This document shows, piece after piece, positions 35,045-46,800 of a stretch of DNA of 64,000 nucleotides. This stretch comes from a virus. Under the pieces are notes generated by a model. It was not told the DNA's origin. It did not search any database and saw only the letters and a program-made list of their open reading frames with translations. The translations under genes and the position numbers were made by a program. The DNA lies in IMG/VR virus record IMGVR_UViG_3300031418_000005, positions 96,001 through 160,000 of that record; one strand, given 5' to 3'. Position 1 is the first letter of the stretch. Each line of letters begins with the position of its first letter.

Positions 35045-38000
35045 CTAAAGTTTCGTCGGCAGAACCGGCACGTCTTTCCCATCAAGGATATCCCCGATAA
35101 GAACACCTGCACGTTCACCAACCGCGTTCGCTGTCCCGATACGTTGAATGGAACCAACGATACGTGCGTCAACTGAGTCACGTCCAAAGAGGATGTCGAT
35201 GTCGTCCCCGGATTCAGTCCGGTTCACACCACGCATCACTTCCTGCACTGTGGTTTTCAGCTGGTTCGCGATAACCATTTTATCCGCAGCTGCCATATCC
35301 ACACGGTGCGTGATATAGAATCGAACGCACAATGAGTTATAAGCAAGCGGCACCCCTTCAACACGGTAGTCCCCGGTGACACGCCCATCGAGTGGGTCGT
35401 CTCGACCAACAGACAAGGCGGCTTTACGACGAATGCGGTCGTATTTGCGTACCAGTTCTGCCAGTGAGGCGGTCATGTCTTCGGTTTCGCCGTGATACAC
35501 CACTTCAATTTTGTCGATGTGGCCACGTACACCCGCACGAGGTGCGAACGAACTCAAGTCTTGCAAGGTTGCCGCAGCTTCTTTACTGAACCCCGACATA
35601 TCGCCGGTCAGGTTGTCGGTAAAGGTGCATAGAATTGAGTCCACGTCGACGTGGTCGCCTTCTTTACCAATCTCGAGCAAGTTCTGGTTAAAGGTAATCG
35701 TTACTTCTTTGAGTTTGGTAACATCAGACTGTGCTTTCGCAGCGAACCGCTCACTAATCGCATTGGAGTCTTCAATTACTTCTTCCCCTTCCGGTAACGC
35801 TACCGTAGCCAGTATCCCGTTCTTCCAGGACACCTGCGTCGGATCGTAGATATCGACTTCGAACTGTTGGTCATTGTAAGTGATGACTGTACCGGCCGGG
35901 AGTTTGTCTCCGGCTTTCCAGCGAGTAACCAGGGTGTGAGGATAATAGGTACCTTCGTGAGCGCCGAACCAGCGGCCCAGTGGGAATGCCTCTTTCTCAC
36001 CGTCTTCATAGGTGATTTCGATGTGGTCATCAGAGATGCCCGTAATTTTGCCTGCTTTGTCAATCACGCGTGCGTGTTTCACAGACGTACGGTGGGCGAC
36101 GGCTTTCTCCTGTTCTGTACGATACGGGGTAGTCGTGGCACCGATACACGATGTCGCTGACCCCATTTGAATCCCGACGAAGTTCTGACGCTTGGCGTCA
36201 TCCATCAGGGTGTCCGGTACCAGCCCATCGATAAACGACAGCGCATGACCAGGTTGTAACTCCCCGTCACGTTTGAACGTGGTGCCATCGACGGTATCGA
36301 AGGCCGGGTTGTTGGTTAAGAACGCGGTGATCCCTACGTCCCCGTTATCGACGGTGTTACCCGAAACGATACCGAGGTCAGAAGGTTGGAACTCACGAGT
36401 GTGGTAAACCATTGTCTTACGGTTACGGCCACCCGTACCCCCCATGGTCACAACGTCTTTCTCTTTGATGCTTTGAATCGCGTTTGCACCCGGTGCCAGC
36501 AGAACCGATGGGTCGGAGTTAATCGCCCCCCAAATCATGTCCTGTGTCAGTTCAAACTTGCGGTTTGATCCCGGTGCGTTGTTGTAGTTACGCATCGCAC
36601 GCACCATGGCGGTGTAGATGTGATACGCAATACGTTGGTTCCCGATGAACATCATTTCCTCACCGTTGATTTCCGGCAAGGTTTTGTCCGTCTGGAGCAT
36701 TTCGTTCGAACGTTGCAGCAAGCCGATAAAGGTTTCCGGCTCACCCATTTTCCTGAGGATACGTGCGTGCATGTCATCAACAAACGCGGTCCGCATTTGT
36801 TTCAGCTCTTTGATGTACCGTGGAGACAGGCCATCTGCATCACGAATCAGGTTCAGGTAAATGTCTTCGCGTTCCACTTCGGACTCGGTATACGCAGTGA
36901 AGTGTTTCAAATAACGGTCAAGACCGTTCAGTATCATGCGCTGTTGGTCGTTGTCACAGGTGATAGCATACTTCGCATCCGCTAAGCGGATAATGCTGTC
37001 GTACTGCGACTTGTCCAGGCGCTGACCCGCGGGCATGAGTTCGTACTGCATCCCAAAGTGCTTCAACATCCCCTGCAACCCGAGGTAGTAGGTAAAGATG
37101 AAGCCGAGTGAAAGTGACTTACCCATCAGAGACAGTTCGGTCATTTCACGCGGAGCTTTGGACGAATCCACACCCAGCATTTCAGCCAAGGTGCCCAGTG
37201 GTTCAACCTTGTCCTCTTTCACTTTATACATCTGTGACTTGCTGTCCATGCAGAGGATGATTTCGCTGCGTGGTTTCTTCGCAACAGGGATCAGGTTGGC
37301 GCGGTCCGCGTCGGCGATTTGATCACTGTCAAAGAAGACATCACGTTGTTTGAAATCAAAACTCCACATGTAGCCCATGGCATTGAAGCTTGCCACACGA
37401 CGTGCCACTTCGGTGTACTGACGCGGCAGTTCCAGCAGAGGGTCGAACACGTTTGCCAGTTTGGCATCGGTCACTTCGGTGTTTTTCGGGTCAACGGCAC
37501 GCGTGATAATCGCATTCGTCAACCAACGCCCGTAGTCGTTCACCACTTTATCACTGCGGCGTACAAAGTTCTTGCCGTACGCAGTGGTCAGGGCAACGGT
37601 GTCCGGGGCAACCTTACGGATAGGTAAATCGACACGCTGCTTACGCATGGTGTACTCAACACCGTTCGCAACCCAGGTACCGTCATCGGTCAGGGCCGGA
37701 ATGGAGAAGCGTACTGTGGTCGGTTCACCGCCGATAGGTTGAACGCGCAGGGTATGGTGTTCCACTTTCCCGGTCACGGTATTTTCTTTCTCTACCGTGT
37801 GGTTGTGAATCGCCAGGCCCAGGCGCTGTGACGATGCTACTGCAGACAAGATGTCTTTAGGCAGCATGGTCTTGTTATACTGTTTGATAATCTGGTCGTT
37901 AACGTTTTCAAACCACGCTTCGTCCGTAACCAGACGTTCAATCTTTTTCGGTTGCGCTTTGACTTCGATATCTTTCTTCTCGATAGTCAGCGCTTGTCCG

Positions 38001-39208
38001 TACGTCTCTTTTGGATTGTACGGGTTTGGCAGACTGACAAAACGCTGAGAAGAGTCAGACAGGAATTGGTACGCTTTCGAGGTCACACGACCGGCTTCGG
38101 CCAGGCGTTTTACTTCCTGTTTGATGACTTCGTCGTGGGCAATGGTTTTTTCCACCACGATGGTCGTCGGCTTGACATCTTCTTTTGGCGCTTCGATAAC
38201 CAGGTCTTCTTTCTCATCGAAACCGTTATCAGACTCCACCGCGGCATCATCGGTGAGTTCTTCGTCATCCATGACATCGACGTTGTCTTCTTCTACGTCG
38301 TCACGGGTTACGATACGTTCTTCCCCTTCTGGGGTCAGGAACTCCGCATCGTACTCGTCAGACGGAGACTGCGTCATCACCTGAACCAGGGTTTTGTAGA
38401 AGTTGCGCGCCATCTGGTCGTCAGTTAAACGCCCACCTGAGGACTTACGCATTTTCTCTACCACACCCATGTTCAGTGACGTGAAGCCGCTGTTGTGGGT
38501 GAAGATAAAGTTCATGCGTGACAGCTGAGTGATGTCCATGCCGTCAAACAGGGAATCTTTCTGGTGCCCGTAAGCCCAGGTAAAGATTTCCAGTAACCAC
38601 AGCAGGTTAAAGTCCTGAAACTTTTCCAGCTTGGTTTTTACACGGTCATTGAAGGTGGTCTGGAATTTGGTGAACGCGGGCAGGGTAGAGCCCAGTTCGA
38701 TGACGAAATAGTTCTGACGCAGATACTCAGCGGTATCGTATTTGAACTGGTTCGTCATTAACACCATGATGTTGCGCAGACGGTCGTACCAGGCCAGCTG
38801 CGTGTCCGGGTAGATATAGTGCGACAGCATCGGGGTGTAGTTTTCAATCAGCAGCGTTTTCAGGTCTTTACGTACCAGCGCATCCGAAGACAAACGACGG
38901 AAGTTGCGGTTAGCACGGTGATAGGCGAAAATCGCTTTCTCCTGACCTTGTACCGGTTTGATACGCGGATGACCAGAGATGCCTTCCTCAGGCAGTTTAA
39001 AATGATGACGAATCTGCGCAGGCTTTTCCAAGTCCTGGAGAATCGGAGTGGTGACCGGTGGAGCCAGAACGACCTGGTCAAGGTCGATGGCATGATACAC
39101 AGCCCCACGCGGAATCTGCAACTTCTCCAGCGGAATGATACGGGGTTTCCCGAACTCATCCGTCTTACGCACTGAGAAGCGTTGGTTAAACTGCTTAATG
39201 AGAAGCAT
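35045..39208 (-). CDS. virion RNA polymerase beta subunit, N-terminal part
   Basis: 1387 aa; G..VANGVEY, DDAKR..QM, EDS..ISE, DK...NQLKTTV..D.DI beta motifs. Confidence 0.9.
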   Translation of the reverse strand: MLLIKQFNQRFSVRKTDEFGKPRIIPLEKLQIPRGAVYHAIDLDQVVLAPPVTTPILQDLEKPAQIRHHFKLPEEGISGHPRIKPVQGQEKAIFAYHRANRNFRRLSSDALVRKDLKTLLIENYTPMLSHYIYPDTQLAWYDRLRNIMVLMTNQFKYDTAEYLRQNYFVIELGSTLPAFTKFQTTFNDRVKTKLEKFQDFNLLWLLEIFTWAYGHQKDSLFDGMDITQLSRMNFIFTHNSGFTSLNMGVVEKMRKSSGGRLTDDQMARNFYKTLVQVMTQSPSDEYDAEFLTPEGEERIVTRDDVEEDNVDVMDDEELTDDAAVESDNGFDEKEDLVIEAPKEDVKPTTIVVEKTIAHDEVIKQEVKRLAEAGRVTSKAYQFLSDSSQRFVSLPNPYNPKETYGQALTIEKKDIEVKAQPKKIERLVTDEAWFENVNDQIIKQYNKTMLPKDILSAVASSQRLGLAIHNHTVEKENTVTGKVEHHTLRVQPIGGEPTTVRFSIPALTDDGTWVANGVEYTMRKQRVDLPIRKVAPDTVALTTAYGKNFVRRSDKVVNDYGRWLTNAIITRAVDPKNTEVTDAKLANVFDPLLELPRQYTEVARRVASFNAMGYMWSFDFKQRDVFFDSDQIADADRANLIPVAKKPRSEIILCMDSKSQMYKVKEDKVEPLGTLAEMLGVDSSKAPREMTELSLMGKSLSLGFIFTYYLGLQGMLKHFGMQYELMPAGQRLDKSQYDSIIRLADAKYAITCDNDQQRMILNGLDRYLKHFTAYTESEVEREDIYLNLIRDADGLSPRYIKELKQMRTAFVDDMHARILRKMGEPETFIGLLQRSNEMLQTDKTLPEINGEEMMFIGNQRIAYHIYTAMVRAMRNYNNAPGSNRKFELTQDMIWGAINSDPSVLLAPGANAIQSIKEKDVVTMGGTGGRNRKTMVYHTREFQPSDLGIVSGNTVDNGDVGITAFLTNNPAFDTVDGTTFKRDGELQPGHALSFIDGLVPDTLMDDAKRQNFVGIQMGSATSCIGATTTPYRTEQEKAVAHRTSVKHARVIDKAGKITGISDDHIEITYEDGEKEAFPLGRWFGAHEGTYYPHTLVTRWKAGDKLPAGTVITYNDQQFEVDIYDPTQVSWKNGILATVALPEGEEVIEDSNAISERFAAKAQSDVTKLKEVTITFNQNLLEIGKEGDHVDVDSILCTFTDNLTGDMSGFSKEAAATLQDLSSFAPRAGVRGHIDKIEVVYHGETEDMTASLAELVRKYDRIRRKAALSVGRDDPLDGRVTGDYRVEGVPLAYNSLCVRFYITHRVDMAAADKMVIANQLKTTVQEVMRGVNRTESGDDIDILFGRDSVDARIVGSIQRIGTANAVGERAGVLIGDILDGKDVPVLPTKL

Positions 39209-39223
39209 AGTCGAGCCTTATGG

Positions 39224-40837
39224 TCATTTCAACAGCGCTTGCGTCGCACGCTTAATCACATTGTTGACAGGTTGGACTTTGAAACTGCCGTCAGTCGCAA
39301 ACCAGTAGTTCTTTGAATTGACCCACTTCCGGTTCTCCTCGAGGGCTTCCTGTGACATCGGACTGTTGGCGGAACCTGTGTCGCCGTCGTAGTCACCACC
39401 CAGTCCACCCAGTCGGGAAGGATGGGGAGCCATGGACTCCACGAAGGTCGAGACGTTACGGTCAGGGAAGCTGGTTGCCCCCTTAGGTTTCACGCTCGTC
39501 CAGTCATCTTCCAGCTCTTTTAAGTAGAGCGAAGACGTCGTGGTCTCCAATCTTATGGTCGAGGAGTAAGTCGATCCACGACCCGTTACAGGGTAACGAG
39601 TAATGAATGAGAAGTAGTCATTCCAGAGATCGTATCCGGAAAGGTAGAGCAGTTCAGCTAATGAAATTCCGCGTACCAGTTTACGCGAGAATCCCTCAGG
39701 GAGTTCTTCAATGTCGTAAAAGACTTTGAAGTGCTTCTTGTCCTGATAAATCAGGGCGACGTAGTGGTCTTTATCAATCATCACCGGCTGATGACGAAGC
39801 TCGCGAGCTTCCATGCGGTTGATGAGCAATTCAATACCATCGTCGGTGGAGAACAGGTCATAGACCTTCCCCGGCACTTCTAAGAATTCGCGCTTGAGGG
39901 TTTTGGTGTTAATCCCATACAGGTTCCCGTCACCCGCACGGATGTTACCGAGGTAACGTTCGCGGATGTTGTACTGGGCAACCGGGAGTAACGCCTTTAA
40001 TGTTTGGTACAAGCCGATACGCGTATCGGTTGGCCTTACTTCATCCTCACGGCCCATGACTTTAGAACCGGTTGAGAACGAAGACAGTACGTTACGGGTA
40101 CCGTTCAGCAGTTTACGGGACGTGACCTTACGCCGAGCAAAGCCACCCTTCCCATCCTGGATGTTAAAGAAGTACATCCAGATTTCGTTAAAGGTCTGCT
40201 GGAGTTTCCACCGCACCGGGTCAGTGAGCTCAGTGCGCGCATTGCGGTCCGGTATCGCACGGGCCAGTGAAATGAGTCGGCGGTACAAGCCCCCGATGTC
40301 GTCTTCCTGGTCGCGACCGTCGGCACGTACCACCAGGTCACGCAGACCGGCAGGCAGTACCAACACATAGCGACTCAAACTGACGGGTCGGAATTTGTTG
40401 AAGAAATCCACGGACTCATCACGGCGCATGGACTCGTTTCGGCCCGGTGAGAGTTCATTGTAGTGACTCAGGAAGAAGTTAAAGCCGGTGTCTGCACCTT
40501 TTTCACTGGGCAGCGCTGGCTCGAAATCTTTTTCTTTCTCGTTCCAGGTCGCAAAACGTTTCCCGGAACAAATTTCTTCATACAGCTGTTTCAGCTGAAA
40601 CATAGCCAAACACACGGTGGGCGAAATGATATCCAGTTTGATATCGATGTACGAGAATGTACTGTCGCGCGCTTCACTTCCCGTCAGGCCGAAGATATCG
40701 GTTGAGTACAGTCCCTCAGGGTGAAAGTTTTTTGTCAACCCCTGAAAGGTGTCTGTCGATGTTACGGGTTTTAGTTGCGACACCAGGGACTTGTTGACGT
40801 TTAATAAATAAAAGTCAACCCAGTTTAGCTTTTTCAC
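39224..40837 (-). CDS. virion RNA polymerase beta' subunit, N-terminal part (catalytic)
   Basis: EGLYS.DIFG, LVLPAGLRD, GK.G..R, RYP, GGDYDGD metal-binding motif. Confidence 0.92.
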   Translation of the reverse strand: MKKLNWVDFYLLNVNKSLVSQLKPVTSTDTFQGLTKNFHPEGLYSTDIFGLTGSEARDSTFSYIDIKLDIISPTVCLAMFQLKQLYEEICSGKRFATWNEKEKDFEPALPSEKGADTGFNFFLSHYNELSPGRNESMRRDESVDFFNKFRPVSLSRYVLVLPAGLRDLVVRADGRDQEDDIGGLYRRLISLARAIPDRNARTELTDPVRWKLQQTFNEIWMYFFNIQDGKGGFARRKVTSRKLLNGTRNVLSSFSTGSKVMGREDEVRPTDTRIGLYQTLKALLPVAQYNIRERYLGNIRAGDGNLYGINTKTLKREFLEVPGKVYDLFSTDDGIELLINRMEARELRHQPVMIDKDHYVALIYQDKKHFKVFYDIEELPEGFSRKLVRGISLAELLYLSGYDLWNDYFSFITRYPVTGRGSTYSSTIRLETTTSSLYLKELEDDWTSVKPKGATSFPDRNVSTFVESMAPHPSRLGGLGGDYDGDTGSANSPMSQEALEENRKWVNSKNYWFATDGSFKVQPVNNVIKRATQALLK

Positions 40838-40866
40838 TTTTAAGCTCCTGAATTGGAATTATCAAC

Positions 40867-43800
40867 ATGGCTAAAAAAGGCAGAGACGACTTCGACGATC
40901 TTGATCTCGACCGGATGGATGACTGGGATGACTTCGGTGAACCACCGCGAAATACAGATAAGAGTCGTAACCCTATTATCGACACACTGCGCACAGCGCG
41001 TAAGTCGGCCCTCTCCACAATCTGGCCAAAAGGGAAGCGCGATCAAGTCATCTTGAAAGGGATGCCAAAACCAGCAGCAGATGCCTACGAAGGCTACCAG
41101 AACGTGGCTGCTGCGGGGAAGGATATAGTTGCCCATACGAAGGATGAGCTTGTCAAGACCGAACGCATGGTCAAACAGCAAGCACGTCAGTTAGGGCCAA
41201 CCCTGAAACGCTACTTGCCCGATGCCTTGACCCGCAAGATTGACAAGTGGGCCAAGTCTGACCAGATGGAGTACGGGCAGTACGACCCGAAACAGGCGAT
41301 GATGGATCGCGAGCTCGGTGAAGTGTTCAGTGGCTCCGGGCCACAGACCGACGAGCAACAGCGGGACATGCGTGAAACGGCAACCGAAGACCGTATTCGT
41401 GATTCTATCCGTGAGATGAAATCCGATGCGATGTTCCAGACGGTCATCGGAATTGCGAAAGACATCAGTCTGACCACGAGCCTGAACCGTGGGGTGTTCT
41501 TAAACGTCCAGCGCAAGCAACTGGAACTGCAATACAAAACCTTGTTTGCAATCCAGGACTTGACAAAACTGAAGCAAGACGAGTTTGACCGTAACACGCC
41601 AGCACTCGAAGCGATTCAGAAGAACACCGCCTTACCGGATTACGCGAAGGAAGAATTCTCCGAAGTCCGTTGGGCAAACGTCAAGCGTCAGATGGCGGAC
41701 TGGATGAACCCACTGAAATACGCTGACGGGTTTATCGACCAGATTCGCGAGAACACCAAAAAGAAAATCTCCAACGTTTTTGGTGAAGGGCGCGGGATGC
41801 TCGAGCAATTGCTCGGCATGGGCGTCGAAGATGACTTCGGTATGGAAGACAGTTCATCACTGTCTGCCGAGAAGCGTAAAACCAACGCCCGTGATAAAGC
41901 GGTTGGCTGGGGTTCTGGTTGGCTTGCCAAGAAACTCTTAGGCCCGCAAATCGAGAAACTCCAGAAGTGGTCACGCGAGGAACTGGAAAAGAACCCGGAG
42001 GTGATGAAACGCCTGCAAGCCGGTAAGTTCAATCTCCAGAACCTGTCATCGTTGTCCAACTCCGCGATTGCCGGAGAGACCGATGGCCCAATGGCTGATA
42101 TCTTCCGTTTCTTAAACGAGATGGGAATCATTCAACCGCTGAACCGAGAAAAGGCGTTCCTGGATGAGCGTGACGGGGCAGCAATGACCCGTTCGGCTAA
42201 GTTTGACCGTAAAGCCCACTTAACCCTGGTGGAAATCATCCCAGCCTGGTTATCCGAAATCAACAAATCGATTCGGCGGGGTTACGGTGAACATGCAGAC
42301 ATGGAATACGACATCACCAGTCGTGGGTTCGTTGACCGTAAGGTTATCGGCAACCGTGTCCGTAAAGCCGTAGCTAACGATGAACAGCGTTTGCGTCTGC
42401 AAGGGTCAATCAACAAAACGGTTGACTTTATTGACAGCAAAGGTGAGCTGTCCGCGAAAGAACGTCAGCATCTGGCCGATTATATCGAGTCTCGTGCCTC
42501 ACAAGGCCGCGCATTCGACGTAGGAGCCATTCTCAAGGACTCTAGCCACTTAATGCGACACATGGGTGGCAATGGCGCTGAGAAGCTCCAGGGCATCTTA
42601 CAGGCCCGTTCTAACGGCCTCACCGGCGGACACGCTGAACTCAGTAATGAACTGTCATCTCGGATTGCGACTATCCAGTCGTCTATCTCGGCCCGGCAGA
42701 ACATGATTGATGAAGCGGCAAACATCTACGGTGAGCGTGCGCTGCGTGATGCAGGCATCTTTAACTACGATGCGAAGAACGATACGTTCGGCGTGGATAA
42801 AGACCTGTCCGATCCCTATACCCTGTTCAACGATTTGGCCATGGGGAAAACCCGTACCGGTCGTGCGCTGACGCGTGAGCAGGAAATTGCGAAGAAACTG
42901 CAAAACGGTTCTGCGCTTGGGGACTATCTGCGTCGCATGGGTGCCAACGCGGGTCCAGGAATGGATGACACTTCTTTACCGCCTGCATTACGTGGGAAAG
43001 GTAAAGGGGGCAAAGGTCTCAGTGCACGTCAGCTGGCCGCGGTGCTCTACGGCGAAACCTCCACGAACTTTGTGGAGTTGTTGAGTCAGCGTAACCAGGC
43101 ACAAGACCAAACCGGCCATACCGATCGTGTGGTGGCCGCTATCCGCGAATCCAGCAACCTGAGTGTGGTACAGCAAATCCTGGAACATGTGAAGAACATG
43201 GATGAACAGGGTGTGTTGTTGGCCTCATTGGCAGGCGGTGGTGAAGGTGGTGACGCAACCGGCGATATTCATGGCCCGCCACGTCCTGGTGGTGGTCCTG
43301 GTGGGGGCGGTCGACGTCGTCGCATCATTATCGGCGAAGACGGCTTACTGCGTCGTTGGGGTGGGGTACTGTTTGACTCGGTTGCTGGCGCAGGCCGCTT
43401 AGGCGGACGCCTGGCAAAAGGGGCAAAAGACCGTCTGGGTAAATTCGGTGCCTGGGCACGCGGGAAGTTCGGCGGACCGTCGGAAGGGCCAGGTATTCTG
43501 TCGAAGATTCGTGGGCTGATCACCGGTGGGTTCGAAGGAGCCTGGAACTCAGCCTCGGGCTTTGCAAAAGGTGTTCTGGGTATCCGTGATATCTACGACG
43601 AGAAAGGCAACGTCGTGCTGCAAGGCGCTAAGCTGGAAGCCGGGGAATACTACCAGGTCTCCAGTGGTTCTGGCGCACGTATGAAACAGCTGAAGTCGCT
43701 GGATGATATTCGCCTGGGTCGCGACATTGTTGATGAAGCCGGTAACCTGATTCTCTCTGCTGCCGATTTGGCAAAAGCCGGGAAGTTGCGTTACTACAAA

Positions 43801-46800
43801 GGGGGCAAGGCACAAGCCCTGTTCCAGGTACTGGCACAAAAAGCCGGTACCGGTGTCAACAAAGTGGTTAAGTTGCCCAAACGCATTCTGGATTTCATTT
43901 CTCCGAAAGCCGGGTCGTTCCTGACCAAGGTGAAAGACTGGTTGAATGAGATTCCAGAAGGCGAAGAGAAGTCCCGTATTCAAGCGGCCTTCTCACGCGT
44001 GACCAGTTTACCGAAGAAAGTGTGGGATGCAGCGAAGAACGGCTGGGACAAGTTTAAAGACATGGCCCAAAACAACCCACTCACCCGTTGGTGGCAAAAC
44101 CGCGAAGGCGGTGGCGGGGGTGGTATCTCGCTGTTCTCCATGTCCAATGCCCGTAAGACCAACCACATCCTCATTCGTATCTATAAACTCCTCAACAAAC
44201 GTTTAGCCGGGGAACCGGAAGACGAAGGTTGGACGGAGCAGATGGAGAAAAATGTTGGCGGTGGTAAAGGGTTACGTGGCCAAGCATCACAGGCGCTGCG
44301 TCGTGCCAAGGTGATGGCGAAACGCCGTTTTGGTAAACGTTGGGGTCGCTTCCAGTCGCGTGTTGGTGAAGGGATGGACACCGTTCGTGACGAATATGGC
44401 AACCTGCGCGACAGAGCAGGTAACATCGTGGATTCGTTCCGCGGCAGTCGCTTTGATATCGGTACCCGTTATGAAGTTGAACGTCGCTTGCATGGCCGTA
44501 ACGATGATGTGGCAGATTTCTACCGCCAGCATCTGAATGCGCGGGCAGGTATTTCCGGCAAGAAAGTCAAATCGGCGATTAAGGATGATGTCGATAAAGT
44601 GAAAGGGGCTGCGTCGGATGTTATTGGTTCAGCCGCTGACCGTTCACGGTCATTGGGCAGTCGGTTGTTAGATCGCCTGAACCGTATGGTCGACTTGCAG
44701 GAGATGGGTTGGTTCAACACCATGCGAGACTCCGTGGAGAAAGCGGGGGGAACCGATGGGATGCTGCGTACCATGTTCTCGAAATTCAGTCGGCGTAACA
44801 AACCGAAAGAGTCGGACGAGAAACGTGACTACTTCCAGTTCTTCCGCAGACGGCGTCGCACCAAGGAAGAACAAGAGGCTGCAGCGCCACCGAAACGTGG
44901 TGGCAAGAAGGGTGGGATTATGGGGATGTTGTCAAGCCTCCCTTTAATAGGCCCGATTGTCAGCATCCTCGGTACCGTGGGGTCGATTCTCGGCACAGTG
45001 GCGAAGTGGGGTATCTTTAAACCCGGCGCACTTATCGGGAAAGCTGCGTGGAATGTTGGGAAGTTTGCGGTAACGCGTGCTATCCCGACGATTGCCACCG
45101 GTGTGGCTAGTGCGGCCTCGGCGGTAGTTGCAGCCGTGGGTTGGCCTGCCATTGCTATCGGTGCTGCTGTTGTTGGGGCATCCTGGCTGGCGTACCACAT
45201 CGCCACGTACAAACCGGCACTGCGTCTGGACAAGATGCGTTTGGCACAGTACGGTTATCGCAATAATGATGCCTGGTCGTCTGACGACGGTGCGAAAGCC
45301 CGTTACCTGGAAGACAACATCAAACAATACATCAGCTACGACGACAAAGGTCAAGCCACGCTTCGCGGCATGGCAGCCAAAGACGTAGAGAAACTGGCCG
45401 AAGGGTACGGTGTGAATCTGGAAGAGAAAGGCGAAATGCTGGCCTTCCAGGCATTCATGCTCCAGCGCTTCATCCCAGTGTACCTGCGTTGGGTGACCGC
45501 ATTGAAGTCAATGGATAATGATATCCAGTTAGCCGATGTGGCTGATCAATCGAAAACCTCGAAAGCTGACCAGAAGAAGTTGTGGGCGAAAACGAAGATG
45601 TCGAAAGACGCCAACGCTTTCCATGCCCTTACTGACCCACGTAAAGTGAATCAGGGCTTCTTCTCGAAAGCCTGGGATGCTATCACCTTCACCTCACCCG
45701 ATTTACTGGATGCGGATGAAGTGATGAAAGTGCAAGACCGGGTCGGGAAAGAGATTGACTGGCTGGTTGATGATAAGGTCGCTGAGAAGAAAGGGATGCG
45801 GGAAGCGGTCGAAGGGGTGAAGTCTGCCTCTGTCGCCGAGTCTACGCAGAAACTCGCCTCGCTTGATAAAGAGCGTAACGAGAACACCATCAAAACTCAG
45901 GGCTGGGAAGATGGGACGGAACAGGTTCAGATTCAGGTCGACTGGAATGCGGTGGCAGACAAGAAAGATTTGGATGCCCTCGAATCCCTGCGTTGGAAAA
46001 CGTATGGCCTGGTGACGATTGATTCAGCTGCACGCACACAGATGAATCTCTTCGAGAAAGAAGTCATCAAAGACGTCGATGTGAAGTCCGCCAGTTACAA
46101 AGGGGATTGGAAGAAAGCGATTGCGGTGCTTGCACCTGATGCAATCGGTGGACCGAAAGAAGACCGGTATAAGCTGTGGTTCTTTAACCGCTTCTTACCT
46201 GCCTTCATGACGTTCCTGGTCGGGGTGAAACGTTACCTGCCGACCGGCGATCCACTGAACCTGAAAATGACGGGGGGTTACCTGTACGAAATCGCGTTGT
46301 TGGTACGTGGGGCGTATAACCTGAAAGGGGGTGTGCGTCAGTCCGTGTGGGAAATCCCGTTCAACCCATTGGGTGGGGAAGCCAACACCGATCCGCGTAC
46401 GGTCGACAAAGAGTTGGAAACGTTGCGCGTGCTGTCGAAGGAAGCGGACTTGGCCGTGCGTAACCTGTTGAAGGAAACGCAGTCGGCTGGGAAACGTGCC
46501 CAGTGGCAACGCCGTGACAAGAACACCAACTTCTTCCAGACCAAGGACGATGACCCGCAGAGCAAGTTCTTTGAAACCTACGGCAAAGGCAGTGCCGCTG
46601 AGCAACGGGCGAACGGTTATGCGCCAGTACCGGGCTTTAACGGTGTGCCGAACGACCTTGGCCAATCTGTTGATGCCGTAGGCGGGATTGAGAACTACGC
46701 GAAGTTAACCACCGGACAATCATCCATTAACCTGGGTGAAGTCCAGGCCGGTGACTATAAGAGTCTGGCAGAGAAGTACCCGCTGTCTAAACTCGGACGT

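Noticed and set aside
35045-40837. Split multisubunit RNA polymerase as a novelty
   Set aside because: Established feature of phiKZ-like phages
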